Positions 50,526 through 64,000 of a DNA stretch of 64,000 nt are shown here, piece after piece. The position numbers and the translations under genes are program-made. The notes under the pieces are model-generated. The model searched no databases. It worked only from the letters and a program-made list of their open reading frames with translations, and had not been told where the DNA came from. This DNA comes from Octopus sinensis (lineage: Eukaryota): the NCBI RefSeq assembly GCF_006345805.1, contig NC_043020.1, positions 18,166,001 to 18,230,000 of the forward strand, written 5' to 3'. Position 1 is the first letter of the stretch. The number at the start of each line of letters is the position of its first letter.

Positions 50526-51647
50526 TACTAGACATGAAAGCAAATAAATCATAGATGAAGGAAGAGAATGGGAACAAAACTGAACCCTGGGGTACACCAG
50601 AATCGATTGAGAGTGGTTCAGAAAGAGTCCCTTCAACACATGTGATTTTATTGGAAGCTAATATTAAAAGAGATGAGATACAGGTAGAGCCAGCAGATTT
50701 GCATATCAGACATGGTTGAAAGTGCTAATGTCAAAGGCAATGACACAACTTTCACTGAAAGCCCAATGGTAAGTGATGTAAAAGAGTAGCCCCTTCCCCA
50801 AATGAACTGGCTTAAAACGTATATAAATATATGTGTCTGTATATAAAACACCAGCATCGATTTAACAAGCACTTTTCCATGTTTGCATTGGTTAGACACA
50901 ATTCACTGAGGTAGAACTATTACAGCTGCTGTCCCTTCCAGTTGACCAATTTTTGTTTCCAGGTAAAGTAATATTTCCCTATGACCCAGCAAATTTTCAG
51001 AAGACTGGTGAACAAATGACACCACTTGTTTGACAGTGACACTCATTTACAACCATCATGCAATGTCAACACACACACAAGGTCTTTCTTTCAGTTTCTC
51101 TAAATCCATTCACAAGGCTTCACTTGGCCCAGGTTTATAGAAGACAAATGTCAAATGTGGCATGCAGTGCAACTGAACCTAAAGTCATGTGACTGAGAAG
51201 TTAACCACACAACCGTGTGTGTGCGCGCGCACGTGTATTTATATATATACATACACACATATATATATATACTTATATATATACACACACACAAATTCAT
51301 ACACATATAAACACACATATATGCAGGTACATATAAATACATGCACATATATATATAACAGCGGTGCATCAGTATGGCCGCAGCTCTGAGCTGAAACTTC
51401 AAATATAAAAAAAACAAAAAAAAAAACATTATATATACGATATATATACACACACACACATATATATACACAAAAACACATACATACATACACAAATATA
51501 TATATATATACACACACACACATATACATACATACATATAAATACACACACATACATAAACACATAACATTATTCCTGAAGTAAGATGCTTTCTAATACT
51601 CTCTGCATTTAACTATATATACAAATTGTATTTAACTACTATATTAT

Positions 51648-51686
<39 letters not shown>

Positions 51687-52399
51687 TACAAAATTGTATG
51701 ACGAATATATTTATATTTTTTCTTCACTCAACTCTTTGCGGAACATTAATACATCTACTTATTCAACCATTCAAATAGTGTGAATTTAAGCTGTGAACTG
51801 AGCGACTACGTGTGCAAGTGCTTCTGTGTGAGTGCTTGCATGTGTATGCTTGTGTATTGAACACAAATTCGACTTTGGTTTCTAAATAGAAACGTGTTAA
51901 AATTCTCACTCAGTTCACCCTTATATTGATTGTTCGTTCATTCATTCATTCAAGGTAGTTTTGGCTTTGTTTCTCCTCCTCTTCCTCCTCCTCCCGCTGT
52001 TAAGTCACTGAAGTACTGCTGTCTGGAAGAGACCGTTTCTAGGAGATTAAGACGGAGGTTATTAACTAGACATCTATTCCATAAAATAAATCGCTTTTAA
52101 AATAATAGATAATTAGATCTTGCCTAATTTATTTTATTACAGACATATGGCCATTAGATTTACATAACTCAATCGCTCGCAATGAACACATGTGTAAATA
52201 TATACAGACATAATAATAAAGATAATGATTAATGCATTACAAGAGCACAAAGCAAAAAAATTAGTGAAGAAAGAAGTACTGTTGATAAAATCAAGCCCAG
52301 TATGAAAATCAAAGCTGATCCCTAGAAGATAAGATACCAGAAGGCTAACCACTCAACTACCATGATAATGTCTAATAGAAGCACAAAGTCACAAATTTC

Positions 52400-53203
52400 T
52401 TTTGGTGTAGGAGAGGGTGTTGTCAATAAGTGACTAGTATTGATACTATCAACCCCACCACATGAACAAAAGCCAAAGTCACTCAACAAAAGATTTAAAC
52501 TCAGAAACATAAGGGATATGACAAACTATCGTTCTGATTTAGGCACAATGCCGGCACCTTTGAGGGGAGGGGTTCTATCAATACTACTCATCCGAGATCT
52601 TGATGGAATTTGAACACAAAGCATTAATCAACCCAGATCAAATACTACAAGGCACTTTGCTCACTGCCTTTTGATCCACATAGTAATAATAATCCTTTCT
52701 ACTGGAGGCACAAGGCCTCAAATCTGGGAGGAGGGGGACTGGTCGATTACATCAACCCCAGTGTTTCACTGGTACATAATTTATCGACCCCGAAAGGATG
52801 AAAGGCAAAGTCATCCTCAGCGGGATTAGCACTCAGAACGTACAAATTTTGGCACAAGGCCAGCAGTTTTTAAAAGGAAAGGGAAATCGATTACACAGAC
52901 CCCAATGGTTGTCTAGTACTTATTTCCCTGACCCTGAATGCACAAAAAATGCAAAAGTCAACATCAGCAGCATTTTGAACTTAGAACATGGAAAACATAC
53001 GAAATGCTGCTAAGCATTTGGCCCAGCATGTTCATCATTCTGCCAGATACTCGCTTTATTTATAATAAGAATAATAATTTTGGCACAAGGCCAGCAATTT
53101 TAAGAGGAGGGTATTAGTCAGTGCTCGACTGGAATTTATTTTTATCAACCTCCACATAATAATAATAATAATAATAATAATAATTGTTGTTGTTGTTGTT
53201 ATT

Positions 53204-53234
<31 letters not shown>

Positions 53235-53830
53235 TTTTTATTATTTCAAATTTCGACACAAGACAATTTCAGCTGGTACTTATTTTACAGACCCTGAAAG
53301 GATGAAAGGTAAAGTCGACGCCTGCAGAATTTGAACTCAGAACATAAAGACAGATGAAGTAATTATAATTTTTTCTACTCTAGGTACAAGGCCCAAAATT
53401 TTGGGGGACAGGGCGAGTTGATTGGATCGACCCCAGTACGCAGCTGGTACTTAATTTATAGACCCCCAAAAGGATGAAAAACAAAGTCAACCTCAACAGA
53501 ATTTGAACTCAGAACATAAAGACAGACGAAATACCACTCAGCATTTCACCCAGCATGCTAATGTTTCTGCCAGCTCGCTGCCTTCGGATGAAATAATAAC
53601 AATGACAATCTTTTCAACAAGAGGCACAAGGCCTGAAATTTTTCAGGGGAAAAGGCTACTTGATTACATTGACTTCAGTGCTCAACAAGTACTTATTTTA
53701 TTGACCCCTGAAAGAATGAAGAGGCAACATCAACCTTGGTGTAATTTGAACTCAGACCACAAAGAGCGGGAAGGAATACCGCTAAGCATTTGGTACAACA
53801 TGTTAATGATTCTGATCAGCTCACCATGCC
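52400..53830 (-). mobile_element. Stack of 7-8 same-orientation Deu/Nin-like SINE copies or fragments
   Basis: The tail motif GGCACAAG(G)CC recurs near 52540, 52705, 52850, 53080, 53250, 53385 and 53620, interleaved with (AAT)n/(ATT)n. Confidence 0.78.
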
Positions 53831-54171
53831 ACCTAAAAAGCACTCAAGTACACTCTGTAAAGTGGATCATGTTAGAAAAGCATGCAGCAGTAGAAACCAA
53901 GCCAAAAAACAGGCTACGGAACCTGGTGAAGGCCCTGGCTTTGCCAGCTCTTATCCAGCTGTCCAACCCATGCCAGCACGGAAAATGGACATTAAATGAC
54001 GATGGTACTAATTTATATATGACCTAACAGACACCAAAGAGACTGGTGTTGGTCTGCATCAGCAAAGCTTGTATTATTTAGTAAAACTGATATGAGTACA
54101 ATGAACTTGTAGGTGGAAGGATGTGTCTTTCCTCTCCCTATTGGTAGTTCACTGTATTCTATTTATCGATT

Positions 54172-54215
<44 letters not shown>

Positions 54216-57200
54216 GTTGCATATGTATAGTGTATGCATTTTGTTGATATGCCCATTTGATGCAGGATAGCATCAAAGGAAAGCTTGTTACATGCACCAT
54301 GTAGGGAATTTTCCCTGGACGTCACCCTGCAGTAAATGGCCATTTAAGCAAAACACATGCACTATGTATCTATGGTGGATAATATTTGCTATTATTTGCT
54401 GGAGCTATTTTTAATTTATAATCTTGTGTGTATGTGTTGGCAAAAACTTTGATTTTTCAGCCAGCTGGCTGAAACTTCAAAGTTACTGTCAACAACATTT
54501 TTGCATATGAATAATAAATTTGTACTCTACAAGAGTGTAGGGTAGCCTATCAGATAATGTAAAATTGTTTTTATTACATCTGAACATAAAAACAAACTTA
54601 AGGCAGATAGATAGATACACACGTCTGTTCATGTGTAAAATACAAATCAAGTGTATATATGTGGGCATACACAAATACGTACACACATACACACAGAGTC
54701 TGATGATTTGAAATCATTTTCATTTCTTTGTTATAAATATAAAGAGTTCAAGAGTATAGTTTCCATATTCCAAAAATAAACACTTTTCTTTGTCAGTTTT
54801 CAAAATCCCTGCAAGCACTTGATAATTTATCTAATTGTTAACTAAGATCACTACTACTAAAAAGGCACAATTAAACTCCAAGTATGAGAAGCTGTACATC
54901 TAATTTAATAAGTTACAGAATCCTTATAAAGTATTGCAAACAGATGGCTAGGAAATTAGACAAAAATATATTTGTGTTGACCAGCTTTTCTGTGGAGACA
55001 TAAAACAGATAGATATGTGTTGCAACTGAAATACAATAAAATAGAAATAAATGCTTTTTAAGTATATATGTAACTTGAAAAATGGCAAGTTAATTAACTA
55101 AAATTAACTGCTCTAATTTAATATTTTTTTTTTTTTTCTAGACAGTGAGAAAGAGAAAGGAAGTGAGATTTATAAGATAAATTGACAATGGACACAAGTG
55201 TAGGTGGATGGGTAGTAAGAAGTTTGCTTCCCAACCATATGGTTCCAGTTTCAAAACCACTGCATGGTAGCTTGGGCAAGTGTATTCTATTATAGTGCCA
55301 AGCTCATCAAAGGCCCGTGAGTAGATTTGGTAGACAAAAACAGAAAGAGGGCGGTTGTATATGTATGTTTGTTTGTCCCCATTGCCACCTGACAACCGAT
55401 GTTGGTTTGTTTATGTCCCAGTAACTTAATGATTCGGCGTAAGAGACTGGTAGAATAAGTACCGGGATTTTAAAACTTTAGCATTTAATCTGGCCAAAAT
55501 ATTCTCCCTGTTTTCTGTTCACTAAGTTAGAGGGATGTAAACAAACCAACATTGGTTGTCAAGCATCAGTGAAGGGCAAACACATACATATACAACTAAA
55601 CTCATGATTTCAAATTTTGGCAGAAGGCCAAAGGAGTAAGTTGATAACATTGACCTCAATTCTTGACTGGTACTCATTTTATCGACCCCTGGTGGCATCT
55701 CAACACAGAACCTAAATACGAACGAAATGCCACTAAGCATTTTGCCAGAGTGCTTACGATTCTGCCAGCTCGACACTTTAGTATTTTTATATAACAGAAA
55801 GTAATTCCACACAAACATTATAATTGCACTCGTAAAGTGTTTGATCTGTTAACTCTGTTGTTCAGCATTTAACCCTTCAGCATTCACATTATTCTGTCAA
55901 AAGGATTTTAAAAATGGGTAAAAGACCCCCTTTGGTCATGAGTGACCATGAGATTGAACCTAGGCAGTTACCCTCTGAGGCACAAGTACAAGCAAGATTG
56001 TTTCCACACCACCGATGTTATCCAGGGGAAAGGCAAAGGCAGATACAGCTTGGCACCAGTAACATCACAACTCGTTTCTACAGCTGAGTGAACTGGAAGC
56101 AATGTGAAATAAAGTGTCTTATTCAAGAACACAACCCAGTCCAAGAACTGAACTCATTAGCTAACACTTGTGAGTCCGATGCTCTAACCACTGAGCCATG
56201 CACCTTCACCTGTCATGCAGATTGTTTTGAATTAATCATGCGTTATCTTGTAACTTTGACATTTTGATGAGGTAACTGTTAATTTTTCAGAATGATATAG
56301 GGTTGGCGTGAGAAACCAGATCTAACCAGTTTAAACACAAAACAGGTAAAATATTTTGGACAGATACGGCCAGCTTAAATGCTAAAAGGTTAAAATAATA
56401 TGAAGATCTGTGATACAATTAAAGTGCCAACTAAATTTTTTGTCCCCAACCTTTCTTTCCGTACCAGTAGCAATAATACCTCACTGAAGGCAATTCCCAC
56501 AAAAGTACACACTACTACTACTACTACTACTACAAACTTAGTTTCAAAACTAAAACCACACATCTTCTTTCATCATACATACACACATTACCACCACTTC
56601 CTCCTCCTCCTCTCGAATCAACTAAAAGGACAAATGACCGACTGATGATGAGTCGTTCAATAACAGAGACTTTCATTAACAGTTTTCTACATTACATGGT
56701 ACTCTGGAAAACACTTCAAAAGAAAAAGTCATTTTCGTCACAAATTAAGTTCTCTCTCACCCAACCCAACCCAACCTGCTTCATTTATCTTGAAGTCTCT
56801 GCATACAAAAAGATTAAAAAAAAACTACATCTACTAACAAACAACAGGTCTTCAAAACAGGGAAACGAATCAAGATGCCACTGGAGAAAATTGTGTACTA
56901 AAAATAGAGTGACGACAAACATTTGAAAACTACAGAGTTTATATAGAAGTAAAATAAATGGGAAAATAAAATAATGGAAATAATTAAAAGAAAGCTTGTC
57001 AAGAGAAAATCCAGTGATGAGACCATCTGTGCAAATCAGGTGAATGGATTGGAAGATGGATAGAAAGAGAAAAAGAGAAAGAAACTGGAAGGGAAGAAAA
57101 AAATATAGATGATGAGAAAAGAAAGAGAAGGTAACTTCAGAGCTTCAGGTATTTGTAAAGAGAAAGCGATTAACTCACTAAATTAGCAAACTAGATTTTT

Positions 57201-59398
57201 TTTTTCAGGCAGGATGTAAGTCCAAAAGTAGTAATGTATCAGCTCCATTGTGAACCACTACAATGACAAGGGGTATGAAATTACAAAGGATTTATTAATA
57301 TTAATTAGAGCAAAGCATGGAATATGTCATGAAATTGGGGGGGGGGAGTGCTTTGGGGTGGAAGGGATTGAGTGGGGAGCGGGAGGAGGAAATTTTACAA
57401 GAAAACATGAAAATGTTAACTATAATAATATAAGAATATAGAATTTCTGTTTAGAAATTAAACAGTAGTTACTGTACTTTTGGGGTGGTTACAAATTTGG
57501 AAGAAAATGATCACCAAAGATAAACAGTAGTTCTGATTATCAGAATCTTATTGCCCCACAGTATGTAACTCTTTTAATTGTTTCAGTCATTAGACTCCGA
57601 CTATGTTGGGACACCGTCCTGAAGAAATTTCTTAGTCCACTCACAAGGGTTTGGTTGGCCCAGGGTTGTAGTAGAAGACATTTGCCCAAGGTACCACTCT
57701 GAGGCACTGAACCCAGTATCATGTGGTTGAGAAGTAAACTTCTTACCACACCTCCACTCTTTCTTGCTGCAATAAATAAATTTCAATCAAGCTGGCAGAA
57801 TCATTAGTGTGTCTGGCAATATTTCATCCATCTTCACGTTCTGAACTCTGTCATGGTCAACTTTGCTTTTAACCTTCAGGGTCAATAAAATAAGTACCAT
57901 TTGAGCACTGGGGTCAGTGTCATAGACTTACCCCTCCCTCAAAATTGCTGGCCTTGTGACAAAATTTGAATCCAGCATCTTAAGTAATTCATACTAAAAG
58001 CAGCTAAGGAATGAAACAATGATCAGACTGAACAATTTTCTGCGAGAATGGTGTGAGGGCTGTGACATTCATGCCTTTCCCCAGGGACATGGGTAATGTA
58101 AACGGAATCAGATAATTAGTTACAAATGGGAATTAAAACTAGATTGTCATCTCAATTCACTGAAAGCCTTCACTTTGTGGTACTGACAACACACTGAAAT
58201 ATAAATCAGTGTAAATGCTGCTCCCAGGAAAATTCCCACTCTGTTCACTGCATAGCAATTTAGTTGTTTCTTTACTTATTGTACAAACAATCCTCCTCCT
58301 CCTCCTCCTCCACTCGCTAACATTTAGCTGCTCCTTTAGTTCAGGTTCATTCCACTCCCACAATAGGAAAATGAAAACTTGAAAGGCATTTCATTAAAGA
58401 GTTCAAAATTCCCATGCCAACTGCAAGATTATAATTTAACCCTTTCGTTGCTACTGCCTTGCCACAAACCAGTCTTGTGATACAAAATACATTTGTTATG
58501 AAGCATTCATATTTCAACTGAAATAATTTTATATAAGAACCTTCTTTAGCGATATACCCAATATCAGCTTCAAATCACTTCTAATTTTTTTATCTTTTAC
58601 TTGTTTCAGTCATTAGACTGCGGCCATACTGAAGCACTGCCTTGAAAAACCTCCAGTGAAATGAAATTACCCTGGTCCTTTATCCTAATTTAATCAATCT
58701 CTATTACCGAACCTCTAAGTTACAGGGATGTAAATAAACCAACACTGGTTGTCAAGTAGCAGCGCGGCAAAAAAACACATACACACACACACAATGGGCT
58801 TCTTTCAGTTTCTGTCTACCAAATCCACTCACAAGGCTTCAGTCAGTTCAAAGATACAGTAGAAAACACTTGTCTTAGGTGCCAAGCAGTGGGACCGAAC
58901 CCAGAACTATGTGGTTGGGAAGCAAACATCTTACCACACAGCCATGCCTGTGCCTATATTCTTGATTATTTTCACAATTAATTGAAGGAGGGGGGGAAAA
59001 AACGGTTGAGTGTATTTCAACAAAAATATGGTTACAAAGGAATTGATACAAAAAATATGCCAAAATGAAACAACTATATAAAGAGTTAGTATAAGAGAAT
59101 TCTGGCTTCTTATGCTGATAATTGATAGTATCTTGTGTAGACTAGTCTTTGAGTTAATCAAGCCTATATAATTCTCTTGAGTAATTTATTCTCTAAAATA
59201 TTCTCATTTTCTACACCTACGAGTGTGTAATATTTATCTTTCATCTTTAATTTGTTTCAGTCATTAGACTGTGCCTGTGCCAGGGTACCACCTAGAAGGA
59301 ATTTTATTCGAATCAATCTATCACAGAACATTTTTTTAAAGCCTGGTACTTATTCTATCAGTCTCTTTTTGCCGAACCACTAAGGTTATATATATATA

Positions 59399-59449
<51 letters not shown>

Positions 59450-60156
59450 TATATGTATATATACATATATATATGTATATATACATATATATATGTATGT
59501 TGGAAAGTAAGCAAGCTTCTTGCCACACAGCTATGCCTGCACTTATTGTATTTTCTCTTAAAGATTCACTCATCACCACTTCAGCATGTGATGAAATCTC
59601 TGCTTCATTGAGGAAATCTCATAAGACAGAAAATGTACTTCAGTTAGCTCCCTTATGTGCAGGGATAACTAAAATATTAGTTATTGTCTAGTATTGTCTT
59701 TTCCTCACCACATAATCATTTCCAATGAACATTTAATGCTCACTGCATTGAATATGCTATCTCTAACTTGTGGACAGTGTCTATGAGTAATCTATTCTCC
59801 AAAATGTAACATATGATGCCAGAAGAAGACATCACTTTCAAAACGGTACTATATTGGTACCATGATTTAAAAAAAAAATTTTTTTTAAACTACTAGCAAC
59901 CATTTTACTATGGTAATCTTGATGTCATATAACCTATTTAGATGTAACCCAAAATAAAAAGACTATATGCACATTTTTAAAATTCACAAAACCCAGCAAC
60001 CAAAAATAACAATCTTGGAATAGTTAAGCATGAACATAAGGCAGTATTATTATAACGCAATCTTTATTATCATTTAGTGTGTAGTAGCGTGTCTTATGGG
60101 TATGCATTTAAGACCTCCATCTAGACAGTATTAGTCAGTCTAAGTGAGTGCATACC

Positions 60157-60230
60157 ACTTCAAAGTGAGATTTATGATTTCAAAATGAGATTTACTACTT
60201 CAAAGTGAGACTGATGACTTCAAAGTGATA
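60157..60230. repeat. 20-bp minisatellite, about 3.7 copies
   Basis: ACTTCAAAGTGAGATTTATG / ATTTCAAAATGAGATTTACT / ACTTCAAAGTGAGACTGATG / ACTTCAAAGTGATA. Confidence 0.9.
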
Positions 60231-61367
60231 TAAGCACAAAGATATATTTAATAGAATATATAACATCAAAACATCATGAAATTATATATAATGTCAACAA
60301 TGTGAACTTGTCTGGTTAATTATAACCAAGCAAATGAGGCAAACCAGACACATTCAGCATATTGTTGTAACATTGCTCACTGCAACATTAATTTTTATCA
60401 ATCATAATTCCATAGAAAATAAGTTATACAAGGGGAAATAATGCTTTTTGTTCTCGATTGGAACAAGACTGGTTCACTAGTTTGTGTTTGTAAAAAATTA
60501 TAAAAAATGCCCTTAATTAAAACTGAACTTAAATTCTTAAATTGGGCTGTTTCATACTGAGTATAAACTAAGGAAGGATATAAGTATTTTACAATAAGGT
60601 AAGAAGATGCAGTTTGCGTGATGCATTCAATATGCAAATTTTATAATTCACCCCATCCATCCATCCATCATGGTCATCAAAGAAAGCAACAAAGAGATGA
60701 AGTATTTATCTCGGTACAATAATAATGATGTGTTTGGTATTCATTTCTATGTATGAATCCTGTTTTAAGAGATCAGATCTTTCAACAATATTAGGATTGA
60801 TAAATTAAGGATTCATAAATACTCTAGGATAAGCAGTAGAAAAAAATCAGATTTTATTTTGCATATTGGATTATTGCCGAATGATCCCTTAATTCTGTAA
60901 TTAGAGCTCAACAAAATAGTTCAACAATGATGATGGTGGTGGTGGTGGTAGCAGCAGCAGTGGTGGTGTGGTGATGGTGGTGGTAAAAATGATAATGAAA
61001 GTGAAGATTATGATGATGAAGATAAGCATGGTAGTGGTGATGGTGATCATCATCATTAACATCATCATCATAAATTTTATTCACTTCATGTTGTCGGACA
61101 CTATGATTTAGCTAAAAACACTGAGACTAACTGTTGGCATTTAACCCCAGGCCAGCTCCAATCAAGCAGACCTCTGATCAAAAGGCAATTCCAGCTGTAA
61201 CTATTGTTTGTTTGTTTTTACATAGTGTATCTAGGTTCACATTATATAATGTATCCCCAATTTTTAAGATAACAGGGTGTAATTTTTGTGTGTATGTGGG
61301 TGGGGGAGCATTATATTTTAATTGTTTTATTCCCAGCAGGTCAAACAATTATGTGGCAGCGTCTTAA

Positions 61368-61578
61368 CCCTTTCGTTACCAACCCGGCTCTGGCTCTGAG
61401 TACAAAAGTCTTGTTTTCATAAATTTTGAATTAAAATCTTCCACCAAACCTTAGTTACAATTTATGTTCCTAACACTAGCTTAATGATAACAAAGTTATT
61501 TTGCTAAATTCTTTGTTATATTTAAAATTAATTGAAAGAAACACAGAGCATCTCAGAATAAATACAGTAACGAAAGGG
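61368..61578 (+). mobile_element. TTAA-flanked MITE family 2 with perfect 12-bp TIRs
   Basis: TTAA|CCCTTTCGTTAC...GTAACGAAAGGG|TTAA. Confidence 0.88.
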
Positions 61579-62453
61579 TTAAGCTGGCTTGCATTAGAAA
61601 TAGCATCACCAATGAAGAGCATCAAGGTGCAGAAAGTATTTATGAAGCAGAGGTTCATAAAGCCTTCACAAGCTGATCACAATGAAGGAAAATTAGTGAA
61701 GAGGAGAAATTCATCGACATCAGACTCGATACGTTAAAATGGAAAAGTCTGGACTAAGTTCTTGCCATTCAGACAGCCTTTTGGAAAAACTAACAAGAGG
61801 CAAAATTAAGGTAATCTTTCGGATCTAAACCAGTGTACAAAAAGAAAAAATATATGAAATTTAGGTCTTTTCATAGGATATTTTTAAATTACTGAAAATT
61901 TATATATTTCTAAATGTATTTTTCTGTATGTTATTCTGTGGTAGCATGCACACACACAAACATGTGTGTATGTGTGTGTGTATATACACACACACACACA
62001 CACACATTTATATATACATATATATTTACACACACACACACACACATATTTATATATACATATATATTTACACACACACACACACACACCCATATATAAC
62101 TTTTTAAAATCCATTGAAGTCAATGAAACTCTAATTAGCCATTTTCATACACTTTGAAAAGAAATAGGTATTGCACAATCGGTTTGTTTAAATATATATA
62201 TAAGGACAAAAAAATTGTAAATTCTATGCAATGACAAGTGTGCATGCATGCACGTGTACACACATGCACATGCATGCACCACACAGGTCTCAAGCAAGCT
62301 ATTGATGGCATGGTTATTTTGTGGTATCAAATTCAATACTTTACAGTTCTTTTTTTAGTTGAAATATTGACATGGTTCATTCTTTAGGTTGTTTCTATGG
62401 GTCTGATAAAATAAGTTACAGTTAAGGTCAATCTGTTTCAATATATAACTATG

Positions 62454-62489
<36 letters not shown>

Positions 62490-64000
62490 GGTCTGCTGTC
62501 ACTAGCTGTTTCGGCCAGAATGTTTCTGAATTATACTAAGGTGAAAGGGGAGATGCCTTGCCCTGCCTTGCCTAGCTTTTGGGCCCTTAACTCCTTGATT
62601 GAGTCAAGGAGGTGCTATTATGGCATACAGTATATCTTGGGCAGTTTTAAAACTGGTGGAACCCATCCCTCTGTAGGTCTCACCACAGCTGATTTCTTTT
62701 TCTTCTTCTTATGAGAGAAAATGAAACAAAGAGGAAGAATGTACCCCAGTATAGGAATGGTACTTTATCAACCTTGAAAAGATGAAAGGCAAAGTTGACA
62801 AGGAGACAGAGAGGTTCAAAAAAAAGATCATCATCATTTTACATATGCTTTACATGCTAGCATGGGTTGTTGAATGAGTCGTCACACACCTTGTCACCTC
62901 CCATTCAGAGCTACTGCTGCTAAATACTGGTGCCATTTGTCTTTGTTTCTGCAGCTAGATGTCTCTCCTACTGCCAAGCTTTCACAGAGTGTACTCGATG
63001 CATTTTTCTTGAGGTACCAACACTAGAGAAGCTGAATTGTCCTTGGTGAGACAGAACAGGAGGGACCCCCACAACTGTACACTTTGTCTGCTCATTTAGT
63101 CAACAACTAAAGCCTGTGAACAGTAAGTGGAGAACCTTGTACACAGTAAATGTAGAAGAAATAGTCAATTACAATATGTAGACCAAGGAGGGAAAGGAGA
63201 TGGAATAATGACTACTATTGGTTACACATATATTCCAACACACACATATACATCATCATCATCATCATCAACATTTAACATCTGTTTTCCATGCTGGCAT
63301 GGTTTGGATGACTCGAGAGGAATTGACAAGGCTAGGAGCCACTCCGGGTTTTGGTTTGGTTTCTACTGTTGGATGCCCTTTGTAATGCCAACCATTTGAC
63401 AGAGTGTACTGGGTGCTTTTTATGTGGAGCTGTACAAATGTTTAAGATGAGAATCTAAAATTATGCAAAGTGACAAGATCTTATGGTGATGGTGGCTACT
63501 TCCAAGAACAACACTTTAAGAGAACATCCTGACCAAAATCTCCTCAATATTTGTCTGAAAACAAGCAACAGGAAACTGTATGGTCACAACCAATAGTTAG
63601 CCCTTAGTCAAACCTGAATACTAGGATTACATTCTCTGAAGTCTCTTCCCCTTTCTTAGGGTAGGATACTTTAGTATTTAAATTAGTCATAACCAGCTCA
63701 AATATTGTACCGGTTTTCTGTTAAAACTGACCAGATCTAGCCTCTCAAATTTACCCGACAATGTCATTCTGAAAACAAACAGTCACATCATCAAAGTCTC
63801 TAAGTTACAGGATAATGTATGATTAATTCAAAACTATGTGAATAAATAAGCATTATATGTTAATGGGTCAGGATGTGAAGGTGTGATTTAAGATAGATTT
63901 AATTACTATCTTTTGCATGTTGAGATCCCCAAGTGACTCTGTCATTATTAATTGAATAGAAAGGTAAAAAAATTTTATACACAATACATAACTTATTCTA

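Overview
AT-rich, repeat-dense eukaryotic genomic DNA, most likely from an octopus (coleoid cephalopod). This assignment is an inference from the SINE/MITE repertoire, not from a database search. Only one protein-coding exon is recognisable: the first coding exon of REV3L (DNA polymerase zeta catalytic subunit; MFSVRIVTADYY...VIRIFGSTPA|G) on the minus strand at 7706-7829, with canonical splice sites. Its next exons were not found and probably lie left of the window. Most of the remainder is transposon debris: three or four tRNA-derived SINE families, TTAA-flanked (piggyBac-like), hAT and Tigger/pogo MITEs, two intact non-autonomous Helitrons, RTE, L2-like, R4/Dong-like and Penelope-like retroelement fragments, local duplications and long microsatellites. 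A TE-poor, CpG-richer island at about 28.8-34.1 kb, plus several well-formed minus-strand mini-exons (31.0, 32.8, 33.7 and 38.7 kb), may be a distant 5' leader/promoter region of REV3L or of an unrecognised minus-strand transcript. Nearly all ORFs in the supplied track are low-complexity or repeat artefacts. I found no convincing wholly new protein-coding system. The best leads are REV3L leader architecture and unusual retroelement insertion behaviour.
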